A stretch of DNA of 64,000 nt from Alphaproteobacteria bacterium (GCA_017451625.1 JAFTNY010000004.1:2877-66876); one strand, 5' to 3'; numbered from the stretch's first letter, positions 28,710 through 38,686 are shown. The notes: generated from the letters alone by a model not told the origin. Program-made: numbers and translations.

Positions 28710-29573
28710 ATGAAACTGCATATTATGAAGTATCGCAAGGTGTCGTATATCGTTTCGACGGCCTTGATTTTGTTGTCGGTGTTATCACTGATGGTGCGTG
28801 GATTGAACTATGGTATTGACTTTTCGGGCGGTATCGCGATGGAGGTTCGGCCAATTGTTCAAGACTATGGCATTGAACAGATGCGCGAAGCGTTGGATGA
28901 TTTGAATCCAGAATTGCAGACCGTAGATGGTAATGCGATTTTGATTCGTCTGGGGCTGCCCAAGGGGGCGACAGATGCCACACAAAATGAACGCGTGGCA
29001 CAGATAAAAAATATTCTGGGCGATAACGTTGAATATGAACAGGTACAGGTTGTTGGGCCAAAAATTGGTGGCGAACTGGTGCGTGGTGGGATTATGGCAA
29101 TCTTGTTCGCGTTCGTGATGATGGCAATCTATGTTTGGATTCGATACAAGGGTGGATACGCAGTTGGGGCGTTTTGTTCGCTGTTCTTGGACTTTGTATT
29201 GATGTTTGGGTTCTTTTCAATTACAGGACTGGAATTTAATCAGACGGCGATTGCGGTTATTCTGACGGGTATTGGGTATTCAATTAATGATAAGATTGTA
29301 AACTATGATCGAATTGATGAAAATGTTAAAAAGTATCATAAGATGCCAATGGGTGAGTTAATCGATTTGTCGGTTAATGAAATGCTGCGCCGTACAATGT
29401 TGACCAGTGTTTCAACGTTATTGGCGATGGTTGGACTGTCGATATTCGGTGGACAGATTTTACGCGAATTTGCCTATGCAATGGGTTTCAGCGTAATTAT
29501 GGGTACGTTTACCAGTATGTATATTTCAAATATTATGCTGTATCACTTTAATTTGCGTGATGCGGATAAATAA
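28710..29573 (+). CDS. secF: protein translocase subunit SecF
   Basis: GLNYGIDFSGGIAMEV and a TM block. The ATG at 28710 follows an AAAGGGG Shine-Dalgarno sequence. Confidence 0.92.
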   Translation: MKLHIMKYRKVSYIVSTALILLSVLSLMVRGLNYGIDFSGGIAMEVRPIVQDYGIEQMREALDDLNPELQTVDGNAILIRLGLPKGATDATQNERVAQIKNILGDNVEYEQVQVVGPKIGGELVRGGIMAILFAFVMMAIYVWIRYKGGYAVGAFCSLFLDFVLMFGFFSITGLEFNQTAIAVILTGIGYSINDKIVNYDRIDENVKKYHKMPMGELIDLSVNEMLRRTMLTSVSTLLAMVGLSIFGGQILREFAYAMGFSVIMGTFTSMYISNIMLYHFNLRDADK

Positions 29574-29615
29574 TGAAATAGGGCGCACACCCCAAAGGAG
29601 AGGGATAAAGAAACG

Positions 29616-31121
29616 ATGAGAATAAGAAAATTCTGGATTTGTTTGGTCTTGGCCTGTGGGGTGATGCGTGGCGCATGGGCCGAGAGTTTGTTCTTTGAAG
29701 ACGAACCGGTGCAGGATGGTGTTCAGGTCTTTGAAGTGTCCAAGACTTTTGCGGAGATTTATCAGAAGTTAGATGATGTAAATTGGGCAGGTAAAAACCT
29801 GAATGTGGCGATTGAAAGTTTAGAGGGGTTAAATCCGTCTGCGCATATCGCGGCAACTGATGAACGGGTGGTGTTGGTTTGGGATGATGCGATTATTGCG
29901 AATTTCCCGCGGCCAAGTGCAAATGACTGGAACGGATTTGGCGAAATTACAACGGCATTGATTTTGAAAATGCGTGCAAATGATCCACATTTGCGCAGTT
30001 TAAGTGAAAGCGCATTGTATCAAGCGGTTGTGGACTGTCTGATTCGTGGGGTGGATGAAAATGGGCGGTACATCTATTCCAAGGCGGCAGAAATTGCAGA
30101 AGATGGACGTATTTTGACCAGCGTCGGATTGGAAGGGGCGCGGGATGCGCGTGGGAACTTTCGCGTCAGTGGTATTTATAAAGGGGCACCGGCGGATGTG
30201 GCGGGTGTTCGTGCAGGGGATCTGATTGCAGAAATTAACGGTATGCCGGTGGCCAAGATGTCAGATGCGGAATTGGCGGCGGTGATGAGTGGCTTTAATT
30301 CTGGGACATCGAAAATTAAGTTATTAACGCCAATGGGAAATCGGGATGTTGTGTTGCGGCGTGCGACCATTGTGTTGGCGGATGCGGATGTTGTACATCG
30401 CAGCGATCCAAATGGTGGGTTGTTGGAAATTGTTGTACACGAAGTGTCAGATGCGGCGGTGGCCATTGTGAACGAGGCCTTGGCACGATATTCAGATGTG
30501 TCGGGGATTGTATTGGATTTACGGGTGGCGACCGGTGATGATGAACGTGCGGCGGCCAAGTTGGGTGGCTTGTTTGTTGGGGCGGTGCCTGTGATGCGAA
30601 TTGTAGAAACTGCATCGGATGAGGTTGAGGTTGTCCCAGGGGGAGATGCCATAACAGATGTGCCGGTTGTGGTTTTGATGTCTAATCAGACACGTGGTAC
30701 GGCCGAAGCGTTGGTGGCGGCGTTCTATGAAAATGGGCGCGGCGTGTTGGTAGGGACACCGACGGCAGGGGCGGCGCGTATCGCATCGCGTATTGATTTG
30801 AATAATGGTGGGGCGTTGGAATTACTGAACAAGTCGATAAAGACGGGGCAGGGGCGCGCCATCGATGGGCGTGGACTGTTCCCGATTGTGTGTCTGTCGA
30901 ATATTCGCACCAATCAACAACAGAATGCATTTTTCTTGAATGTGATAAATAATGATTTTAATTCACAAGATTTTAACAAGGTGCCAGATGTCAATCCGGA
31001 TGATATTCGTCGTGGGTGTCCAACAATTACCAGTGGGGCAGACGAAGATGCGGTTGCGACGGCGGTATCTGTTAAAATATTAACGGATAGAAAGGTATAT
31101 AACAGGTTAATTGCAGAATAA
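29616..31121 (+). CDS. S41 (C-terminal processing peptidase) family homolog with PDZ domain, catalytic dyad apparently substituted
   Basis: Signal peptide. PDZ-like GIYKGAPADVAGVRAGDLIAEINGMPV. S41 core VVVLMSNQTRGTAEALVAAFYENGRGVLVGTPTAGAA. Confidence 0.65.
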   Translation: MRIRKFWICLVLACGVMRGAWAESLFFEDEPVQDGVQVFEVSKTFAEIYQKLDDVNWAGKNLNVAIESLEGLNPSAHIAATDERVVLVWDDAIIANFPRPSANDWNGFGEITTALILKMRANDPHLRSLSESALYQAVVDCLIRGVDENGRYIYSKAAEIAEDGRILTSVGLEGARDARGNFRVSGIYKGAPADVAGVRAGDLIAEINGMPVAKMSDAELAAVMSGFNSGTSKIKLLTPMGNRDVVLRRATIVLADADVVHRSDPNGGLLEIVVHEVSDAAVAIVNEALARYSDVSGIVLDLRVATGDDERAAAKLGGLFVGAVPVMRIVETASDEVEVVPGGDAITDVPVVVLMSNQTRGTAEALVAAFYENGRGVLVGTPTAGAARIASRIDLNNGGALELLNKSIKTGQGRAIDGRGLFPIVCLSNIRTNQQQNAFFLNVINNDFNSQDFNKVPDVNPDDIRRGCPTITSGADEDAVATAVSVKILTDRKVYNRLIAE

Positions 31122-31139
31122 AATCTGGGGTGTGGAAAT

Positions 31140-31820
31140 ATGTTTTTGACGACTGATAATAAAATTAAATGGCGCAAGATGGGTGTTGCGGCATTCATAA
31201 CCGCGATTTTGGTTGCGTTGGGAATTGCGTGGTTTGATAAACCAGTGCTGTTGTTCTTGCGGAAATTTGATTGTGATTTGTGGCGTTATTTGGATGTCGT
31301 GTTTGCGGCCAAGGTGTGGTTGGTGGCATCTTTTGTGGCGGCGGCTGTTTTTTGTTGCAGAAAATGCGTAAAAACAGATTGTAAGTTTTTATTAGATGTA
31401 AATAAGGTTAAGTTTTGGACGTTTTTGCGTAATTTCTTTGTGAAAACAAAAACAAATACTGCGTTTTTAATATTTTACAGCGTGTTAAGTGCCAGTGTGA
31501 TTGTCAAGGTCTTGAAGGTGTTTATTGGGCGTGAACGACCAATATTGTACGAGGCGTTGGGGTTGACTGGGTTTTATCCGCCGTCTTGGGATTGGGCGTT
31601 TAATTCGATGCCGTCGGGGCATACCGCGGTTAGTTTTGCAGGATTGGTTATGATTGGGATGTTGGCACCAAAATATAAACCGTTGACGTGGACGTTGGCG
31701 ATTGTTATTGGGGTGTCGCGTGTGGCGGTTGGGGCGCATTGGCCGTCAGATGTGATATTGGGCGCGTTTATCGGGATGGTGGTTGCCGATATTGTCAAAG
31801 GATGGTTATTAAAGAAATAA
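31140..31820 (+). CDS. PAP2 family lipid phosphatase
   Basis: All three PAP2 motifs are present: KVFIGRERP, PSGH and SRVAVGAHWPSD. Confidence 0.85.
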   Translation: MFLTTDNKIKWRKMGVAAFITAILVALGIAWFDKPVLLFLRKFDCDLWRYLDVVFAAKVWLVASFVAAAVFCCRKCVKTDCKFLLDVNKVKFWTFLRNFFVKTKTNTAFLIFYSVLSASVIVKVLKVFIGRERPILYEALGLTGFYPPSWDWAFNSMPSGHTAVSFAGLVMIGMLAPKYKPLTWTLAIVIGVSRVAVGAHWPSDVILGAFIGMVVADIVKGWLLKK

Positions 31821-31825
31821 AATTT

Positions 31826-31857
31826 CAGGCGATAATGAATTTATCGCCTGTTTTTTT
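31826..31857 (+). terminator. intrinsic terminator
   Basis: CAGGCGATAA-TGAAT-TTATCGCCTG hairpin followed by TTTTTTT. Confidence 0.8.
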
Positions 31858-31875
31858 GTCTAAATTTATGATAAA

Positions 31876-34182
31876 ATGCACCTTGTTATGGCAGGGGAAT
31901 CTAAATTTTTACCACAAAGTTTGTCGGAATCTTTGCGTTGGTTGATGGCGCGTGCTTCTGGTGCGATTATTTGTTTGATTGGGGTGTGGGCGGTTTGTGC
32001 GCTGGTGTTCTATGACCCGTATTTGGATGGTTTTGGTGTGGCCAGTACGTTTGGTGAACAATCTGTGATGGGTAATTTGGTTGGGATTGTGCGCTATGCG
32101 ATTGGTATGGTGCCGGCATTGTTCTTGTTGATGTGTGTGGCGCGATGGGGATTTGTTAAACTGATTGGGATGGATGCAGAAAGTACCCCAGAATATAATA
32201 TATTGCGTGGATTTATTGCGGTGTGCGCAGGGGCGGCCGGTTTTGGATTGATGGCGACAGGGGCGTCGTTTGGTGGAATGTTTGGTGCGATTGTCGCAAT
32301 GGATTTAGGGCGTGTGTTGGGTGGCGCGTTGTCTGTGGTTGTGGGAATTTTGTTGGTGGTGCTGTTCTTGGCAATGGAGGGCGGATTATTACATATTAAG
32401 TGGTCGCATATTCGTGGTGCGTGGCGGGTGTTTGTGCGCTGTGCGCGGTGGGTTGGTGCGGCGTTCCACTTAACGCGTGCCACAGGTGGGGTTGTGCGTT
32501 CAGATATGGTTGAAGACGCGCCAGACGCGGATGATAATACAGATGATGATGCCAAGCCGCAAGAGGATGCACCCCAGAAAAAGCATCGCAGTATATTGGG
32601 ACGCAAGTCCGAGAAAAAGGCGGCTGCTGCTGCGGCGGCGCCAGTGGTGGCGGCACCAAAGCGTGTGCGGGCCCAGTCTATGTATCAATTACCAGATCCA
32701 AAGTTGTTGGAAAAATCAGAATTTGCCAAGTATTCGATTACGCCAGAACTGAAACAAAATGCCCGCGCGATGGAGGTGCATTTTGCAGAATATGGTGTCA
32801 TGGGCAAGGTGGTTGGAATTAAACCTGGGCCGGTGGTTACGCTGTATGAATTTGAGCCAGACCCAGGGCAGCGTATTGCGGATATTAACAAGACGGTCAA
32901 AGATATGACACGTGCGATGGCGGTTGAAAACTTTCGTATTGCACAGTTGCCAAAGTCTAATTATCTGGGGGTAGAGGTTGCAAATATTAAACGTTTGATG
33001 GTGCGGTATCGGGGGCTGATGGAAGATGATGTGTTCGTTGAATCGCAATATAAAATACCATTGGCGTTGGGGGTAAATATTGGTGGACATCCGATGTATT
33101 TTGATTTGGCCAAAATGCCGCATATGATGGTTGCAGGGCGTACAGGGTCGGGTAAGTCGGTGTTTGTTCAATCAATTATAACGTCTATTGTGTATCACTT
33201 TACGCCGGATAAATGTAAATTGATAATTATTGACCCAAAGGGTGTTGATTTTGGGTTCTGGGATGATATTCCGCACCTGATTACGCCGATTGTAAAGTTG
33301 GAACCGCAACCTGCGATTAATGCGCTGAAATGGGCGGTGCGTGAAATGGAAGAACGCTATAAAAAAATTGGTATGGTTAATGCGCGCAATATCATTAGTT
33401 ATAATGAAATTATGGCGGAAAAACGCGCCAATGGCGAAAAAATGACAAAGCAGGTTGCGGTTGGTACAGACCCAGAAACCGGCGAATTGTTGTTCGAAAC
33501 ACAAGAAGTTGATATGTCAGATATGCCATACATCGTTATTATTATTGACGAGGTGGCAGACCTGATGGCGGTGGCACGTAAAGAGGTGGAACTGTGTGTG
33601 CAGCGTATCGCACAAAAGGCGCGTGCGGCGGGTATTCACCTGATTATGGCGACCCAGCGACCAGACGCAACAATTATCACAGGGGTTATCAAAGCGAACT
33701 TTCCAACACGTGTATCTTTCCAAGCGGCCAGTCGTATCGACAGTATGACATCGTTGGGTGTTGGTGGGGCGGAACAGTTGCTGTCGATGGGTGATATGCT
33801 GTTTACCGAAGGTGGGCGTTCGCCGGTACGTATTCATGGGGCCTTTATTTCTGATAAAGAATTGCAAAAAATTGGTGATTTCTTGCGCAGTCAGGGCGAA
33901 CCAGAATATATTGATGGCGTGACCAGTGATGCCGGCGAAGATGTTGGTGGTATGGTTGGACTGCCGTCGGCGATTGGTGGATCTGGGGGCGGTGGCGATA
34001 AAGATGCCGACCTGTATGCGCGTGCCAAAGAATTTGTAATTCGTGATAAAAAGCCCACGATTTCATATTTGCAACGTCGCCTGCAAATTGGCTATAACAA
34101 GGCGGCTGGTTTTATGGAACGTATGGAAGAAGAAGGCATTGTGTCGGGGCCGGACGCAAACAACAAACGTCACATACTGTAA
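31876..34182 (+). CDS. ftsK: DNA translocase FtsK
   Basis: N-terminal TM segments, a charged linker, motor domain GRTGSGKS...ATQRP, and gamma domain ISYLQRRLQIGYNKAAGFMERME. Confidence 0.95.
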   Translation: MHLVMAGESKFLPQSLSESLRWLMARASGAIICLIGVWAVCALVFYDPYLDGFGVASTFGEQSVMGNLVGIVRYAIGMVPALFLLMCVARWGFVKLIGMDAESTPEYNILRGFIAVCAGAAGFGLMATGASFGGMFGAIVAMDLGRVLGGALSVVVGILLVVLFLAMEGGLLHIKWSHIRGAWRVFVRCARWVGAAFHLTRATGGVVRSDMVEDAPDADDNTDDDAKPQEDAPQKKHRSILGRKSEKKAAAAAAAPVVAAPKRVRAQSMYQLPDPKLLEKSEFAKYSITPELKQNARAMEVHFAEYGVMGKVVGIKPGPVVTLYEFEPDPGQRIADINKTVKDMTRAMAVENFRIAQLPKSNYLGVEVANIKRLMVRYRGLMEDDVFVESQYKIPLALGVNIGGHPMYFDLAKMPHMMVAGRTGSGKSVFVQSIITSIVYHFTPDKCKLIIIDPKGVDFGFWDDIPHLITPIVKLEPQPAINALKWAVREMEERYKKIGMVNARNIISYNEIMAEKRANGEKMTKQVAVGTDPETGELLFETQEVDMSDMPYIVIIIDEVADLMAVARKEVELCVQRIAQKARAAGIHLIMATQRPDATIITGVIKANFPTRVSFQAASRIDSMTSLGVGGAEQLLSMGDMLFTEGGRSPVRIHGAFISDKELQKIGDFLRSQGEPEYIDGVTSDAGEDVGGMVGLPSAIGGSGGGGDKDADLYARAKEFVIRDKKPTISYLQRRLQIGYNKAAGFMERMEEEGIVSGPDANNKRHIL

Positions 34183-34400
34183 ATAAAATCTAATGGCGTA
34201 TCTGTGGGCGGGGCCGGCAACTCATGTAGCGTTTGTACACTACGTTGCCGGCCCCATCCCACATCTACACCGTTATCTTTTATTTAACGCCAAGCAAGGG
34301 GTGGGGTGGCATGCGCATGTAGCGTTTGTACACTACGCTTGCCAACAACTGCGCATCTACACCATTATCTTTTATTTAACGCCAAGCAAGGGGTTGGGTG
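34181..34400 (+). repeat. MITE/REP-like palindromic element, locus 4 (full palindrome plus a second centre/right-arm unit)
   Basis: The first unit is nearly identical to locus 1. The left arm overlaps the ftsK TAA by 2 nt, and the GCAAGGGGnTGGGTG tail occurs twice. Confidence 0.85.
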
Positions 34401-34455
34401 TTTTTTGTCTTTTATTCATTTGTTTTTTATGTTAAAATTATTTTTAAGAGAGAAT

Positions 34456-36495
34456 ATGAATTTGCTGAAGCGATTTTTATTGATTTTTTTGTGTGCATTT
34501 CCGACATTTGCAGGTGCGCAGGTGGCAACGACGGCCGGCAGTAATCTGACGGCGTGGAATGGTAATTCAGGTGCCACAAACAATAATAACTGGAATCAGT
34601 TGATGAACAATCGTACTTTGGCGACCGGTGGTGCCGCAGGTGCCGCGCCAACGGCGGATTTTGGTAATTGTAATTCTTTGATTTTGCGTTGTGCCCAGCC
34701 AAAATGTTCTGGGTGTACGACGTTGGAAATTGCGCGTCCGATTGTTCAGGGATGTGTCAATAGTAATGAGTCCTGTAAAAAATATGGCGATGATTTGGTT
34801 GAATTTATTTCGGCGCAGATGGTGTCAAATGTTGTGAACAAGGCACAGCAGGCCGAAATCGCTGCACAAAATGCTGCAGCCCAGCAGGCGGCGGCGCAGA
34901 ATACTGCACAGATGCAACAAATGCAGCAGCAGATGGCCCAGATGCAGTATGAAATGCAACAACAAAATGCCCAACAGATGGCACAGATGCAGGCCGCATT
35001 AGATGAACAAAAGGCATTAACACAACAGGCGTTGGCAGATAATGCCGCGGCGCGGTCGGCCCAGCCCAGTGCCGATGTGTCGGGGGGCGCGTCGTCGGCC
35101 GCATTGCCATCGGGAAATGGTGCGTTGACCGATGCACAGATTGCCGCCGCAGAACAGGGGGTGTCGGCAGATATTTTGGCACGCCAACAGATTTCAGGTC
35201 AGATTATGTCGAAAATCGAAGGGGCCGAGGTTGCACTGAAATCACTGAAGGCGACAATGAATACGGCGTTTGAATATGCAGGGTGTGATTCGTCGGGTAA
35301 TAATTGTGTTGGCCCAAAACGCGCCAAGGTGTTCAAGCAAAAGGCGTTGGCATTCTTTGATCCATATAATGATGTGTTGGATGAACTGTATGATGCGTTA
35401 ATTACGGCACAGGCGGTTGGGGTGGATATTACAGATATTTATATGATGCTGAATGGGTCGTGCAATGTATGGGGTGAATATTTGTGTTCAGATACAACGC
35501 GCGAAGAATATAATGATGATAACTGTAAAAGTGGTAAATCTGTACGATCGGGTACGACAAATGGTGGGCATGAATGCTATGCGGGGCAGGTAGTGCCGGC
35601 CGAAGATAGTCCAGCGTGTGTGTTGCAACGTACATTGGCCGATCAAGAAGAAGTTCAGCGAAATTGGCTGTATGCCGAAACAGGCGACAGGGACGATATG
35701 ATTCGTGTTGGTTGCGCGTCGGCGGCGTTGGAGACATCGACATTCTTTCGTAATAGAAAAAAACAGGCGACGATTGATATAGAAACCCTAGAACGTATTA
35801 TTGAACAAGATGCACCTGCGATGTTGAATAATCGATTCACGAATGCGGTGGGTAAGGTTAATCCAGATTTGACCAAGTATTGTATGGTAAATGGTAATAC
35901 GTATTCGTCGCTGCAAAAAGCAGCGTCGACCAAGACGTTGCCCAAGAAGATTTGTGTATCAGATGATGATATGGAGAGTATCGCGATAAGTGGCGTGCCG
36001 CTGGCAACAAATGTAACGGGCAGTGTTGTGTCGAATGCGAAAAAGCAGAAATGTCGCTATGAAAAGGGTGTTGCGCGTTTGGAATGTTTGTGTGAGGAGA
36101 GTGGCGACGGACATTTTAATACAGATAGTAAAAAATGTGTCTGCTATAATGATGGTGAAACGTTTGATGCGGATTTAGTGCGTTGTTTAAGTGCGGATGA
36201 AAAAGCCGCCGCGACGGCCGAGGTGAAGCAGTTAGAAAAAAATTGTCGTGATAGTGGTGGGGCGTGGTCTAATTCAGATTATGATTGTCCGTTAGATAAG
36301 TACGAGGATTACCTGACGACAGATGGACGGTGTGTTGAAAAGTCAGAGGAAGCCAAGTGGTGCGAGAAAGAAGCCAATGGAAAGTGGACCAGTGGTGTGT
36401 GTATGTGTGGCGGTAAGTTTATGAGTAAGGCATTTAAGGATACGTGTAAAAATGGACAGGTTGTGTCGGGATTGAATTTGCCATGGAAAAAGTAA
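34456..36495 (+). CDS. large secreted protein with Gln/Ala-rich coiled coil and Cys-rich C-terminal half (unknown function)
   Basis: Signal peptide MNLLKRFLLIFLCAFPTFAGA-QV, a QMQ/AQQ low-complexity segment and many Cys residues. The start was moved out of the repeat element. Confidence 0.7.
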   Translation: MNLLKRFLLIFLCAFPTFAGAQVATTAGSNLTAWNGNSGATNNNNWNQLMNNRTLATGGAAGAAPTADFGNCNSLILRCAQPKCSGCTTLEIARPIVQGCVNSNESCKKYGDDLVEFISAQMVSNVVNKAQQAEIAAQNAAAQQAAAQNTAQMQQMQQQMAQMQYEMQQQNAQQMAQMQAALDEQKALTQQALADNAAARSAQPSADVSGGASSAALPSGNGALTDAQIAAAEQGVSADILARQQISGQIMSKIEGAEVALKSLKATMNTAFEYAGCDSSGNNCVGPKRAKVFKQKALAFFDPYNDVLDELYDALITAQAVGVDITDIYMMLNGSCNVWGEYLCSDTTREEYNDDNCKSGKSVRSGTTNGGHECYAGQVVPAEDSPACVLQRTLADQEEVQRNWLYAETGDRDDMIRVGCASAALETSTFFRNRKKQATIDIETLERIIEQDAPAMLNNRFTNAVGKVNPDLTKYCMVNGNTYSSLQKAASTKTLPKKICVSDDDMESIAISGVPLATNVTGSVVSNAKKQKCRYEKGVARLECLCEESGDGHFNTDSKKCVCYNDGETFDADLVRCLSADEKAAATAEVKQLEKNCRDSGGAWSNSDYDCPLDKYEDYLTTDGRCVEKSEEAKWCEKEANGKWTSGVCMCGGKFMSKAFKDTCKNGQVVSGLNLPWKK

Positions 36496-37214
36496 AAAGA
36501 TTTTTTGCGGGTGTTTTGGTATGCCTGACAGTTGGTGGGGTGGGGCATGTTTTTGCCGCCACCAGCAATGGGTGTGATGATGAGGCAAATGACAGAATAA
36601 CGCCGGAGTTGGCACTGTGTTCGACACATATTTATAATATTGGTGGAACTGAAAATGTTCCCAGTGGTAATTCAGACAAGCAGTTGATGCGTGATGTTGT
36701 GGCACTGAAAACAACGGTTATGACACAACAAATGAACAAGCAGTATGAATATCTGGAGGCAATGATTCGTCGCTTTAAAACCCAGTTGGAAAAAGCCGTT
36801 TTGACCACCAGTTTGCAGGCCAAAGGTGCATCCAGCAGCAGCGGTGGCAGTTCGTCCAGTTCATTTAAATCAAATGATCGCAGTATTTATCTGGCAGGTG
36901 TTAGCAACTGTAATAATGAATTGACATCAATTAAGGTGTTTGAATGTCTGAATAATAATTTGAATCAGATATATAATATGTCAAATAATGGAACAAATTT
37001 GACGATGGAACTGCGCAAACAGTTGGCAAATGATTACAAGGTTGCGGCGAACAATTATTCGGGGGTGTGGACTGAAAAAGATGAAAAGTGTAAGGAGCCG
37101 AATAATTTGGGATCGCGCAGCGTTTTTCAGGGATGTTTAGATGGATTGCGTGCAGGTGTTCGTCAGGGGTACGAGGCGGCGCAACGAAATGCAAAACAGC
37201 AAGAAAAGAAATAA
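36483..37214 (+). CDS. secreted protein of unknown function
   Basis: Signal peptide MEKVKRFFAGVLVCLTVGGVGHVFA. A 13-nt overlap with the upstream gene suggests an operon. Confidence 0.6.
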   Translation: MEKVKRFFAGVLVCLTVGGVGHVFAATSNGCDDEANDRITPELALCSTHIYNIGGTENVPSGNSDKQLMRDVVALKTTVMTQQMNKQYEYLEAMIRRFKTQLEKAVLTTSLQAKGASSSSGGSSSSSFKSNDRSIYLAGVSNCNNELTSIKVFECLNNNLNQIYNMSNNGTNLTMELRKQLANDYKVAANNYSGVWTEKDEKCKEPNNLGSRSVFQGCLDGLRAGVRQGYEAAQRNAKQQEKK

Positions 37215-37227
37215 TTGTGATATTTCA

Positions 37228-37251
37228 ATCCCGCGGGTGCGGGATTTTTTT
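37228..37251 (+). terminator. intrinsic terminator
   Basis: ATCCCGC-GGGT-GCGGGAT hairpin followed by TTTTTT. Confidence 0.75.
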
Positions 37252-37335
37252 GTGTGATTTGTTTCCCAGATTTGTATGTTGCGGTTGTGTGATGTTTGTC
37301 GTACAGTATGCATGTATACAGGAAAGGGAATAGAA

Positions 37336-37887
37336 ATGAATTTTATCAAAACAGATATTGATGGGGTTATGGTGGTTGTGCCGCGTGTGTTTCAGGATGC
37401 GCGGGGCTATTTCTTTGAAAGTTATAACGAGGCCGAATTTATCAAAAATGGAATTCCAAATAAATTTGTTCAGGACAATCAGTCAAGGTCTGTATACGGC
37501 GTTGTGCGTGGGTTGCATTGTCAACTGGGGGAATTTGCGCAGGCAAAATTAGTGCGTGTTTTGCAGGGGCAGGTACTGGATGTGGCGGTGGATGTGCGAC
37601 ATGGTTCGCCAACATTTGGTCGGCATGTGGCCGTTGAATTATCTGATGAGAATATGCGCCAATTATTCATTCCGCGTGGGTTCTTGCATGGGTTTTCGGT
37701 GCTGTCAGAAACGGCGGTGTTTGCGTATAAGTGCGATAATCTGTATGCGCCACAGGCAGAATTTGGTGTTCGCTTTGATGATCCAGATATTGGGATTGAT
37801 TGGCAAATACCGGCCGATAAAATTATTGTGTCAGACAAAGATAAAAATGCCAAGGGATTGAAAGATGTTATTGATTGTGGGTTCTAG
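37336..37887 (+). CDS. rfbC: dTDP-4-dehydrorhamnose 3,5-epimerase
   Basis: MNFIKTDIDGVMVVVPRVFQDARGYFFESYN...RGLHCQ...IPRGFLHGF. Confidence 0.93.
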   Translation: MNFIKTDIDGVMVVVPRVFQDARGYFFESYNEAEFIKNGIPNKFVQDNQSRSVYGVVRGLHCQLGEFAQAKLVRVLQGQVLDVAVDVRHGSPTFGRHVAVELSDENMRQLFIPRGFLHGFSVLSETAVFAYKCDNLYAPQAEFGVRFDDPDIGIDWQIPADKIIVSDKDKNAKGLKDVIDCGF

Positions 37888-38686
37888 GGGGCAGTTGGGT
37901 CGTGAATTGGCAATGCGGTTGCCAGATGCAATTTGTACAGATGTTGATACATTGGATATTACAGATGCGGCGGCGGTGCAAAAATTTGTGCATGAAAATA
38001 ATATTGATGTGATTGTTAATTGTGCGGCCTATACGGCGGTGGACAAGGCCGAGGATGATGTGCCGTTGGCAACAAAAGTCAATGTTGTGGGTCCCAGAAA
38101 TTTGGCGCAGACAGGTGCAAAAATTATTCATGTGTCGACAGATTATGTCTTTGATGGTTGTGCGTGTCGTCCGTATGTGGTGGATGCGCCGACGAATCCG
38201 GTGTCTGTGTATGGTCGGACCAAGCGGGCAGGTGAAATTGCGGTGCTGGAAAACGCAGATGTGGCGGTGATTATTCGAACGGCGTGGCTGTACAGTGCGC
38301 ATGGTAATAATTTTGTTAAAACAATGCGTCGATTGGGGGTAGAAAAGGATTCAATTAACGTTGTTGCAGATCAGGTCGGAACGCCAACGTATGCAGGCGA
38401 TTTAGCGGATGCGATTGTTAAAATTATTCCACAGATGAATGCAGAAAATTCTGGAATATATCATTTTACAAACGAAGGCGTGTGTTCTTGGTATGATTTT
38501 GCAACAGAAATTATGACGATGTCTGGGTTGGGGTGTGCGGTAAAGCCAATAAAAACCGCGCAATATCCGACGCGTGCGGTGCGGCCGTTTTATAGTGTGC
38601 TGGATAAAGATAAAATTAAATCGGTGTTTGGTATTGAAATTCGTCATTGGCGATGTGCGCTGGGGCAGTGTTTGGAACAGTTATAG
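37865..38686 (+). CDS. rfbD: dTDP-4-dehydrorhamnose reductase
   Basis: MLLIVGSRGQLGREL...NCAAYTAVDKAE...STDYVFDG...YPTRAVRPFYSVLD. Confidence 0.92.
   Translation: MLLIVGSRGQLGRELAMRLPDAICTDVDTLDITDAAAVQKFVHENNIDVIVNCAAYTAVDKAEDDVPLATKVNVVGPRNLAQTGAKIIHVSTDYVFDGCACRPYVVDAPTNPVSVYGRTKRAGEIAVLENADVAVIIRTAWLYSAHGNNFVKTMRRLGVEKDSINVVADQVGTPTYAGDLADAIVKIIPQMNAENSGIYHFTNEGVCSWYDFATEIMTMSGLGCAVKPIKTAQYPTRAVRPFYSVLDKDKIKSVFGIEIRHWRCALGQCLEQL

Noticed and set aside
34850-35010. CAGATGCA-rich DNA repeats as a non-coding tandem repeat or contingency tract.
   Set aside because: They lie in frame within a long ORF and encode a Gln/Ala/Met coiled-coil segment. The repeats are imperfect, so I treat them as coding low-complexity sequence (noted under the secreted-protein finding).
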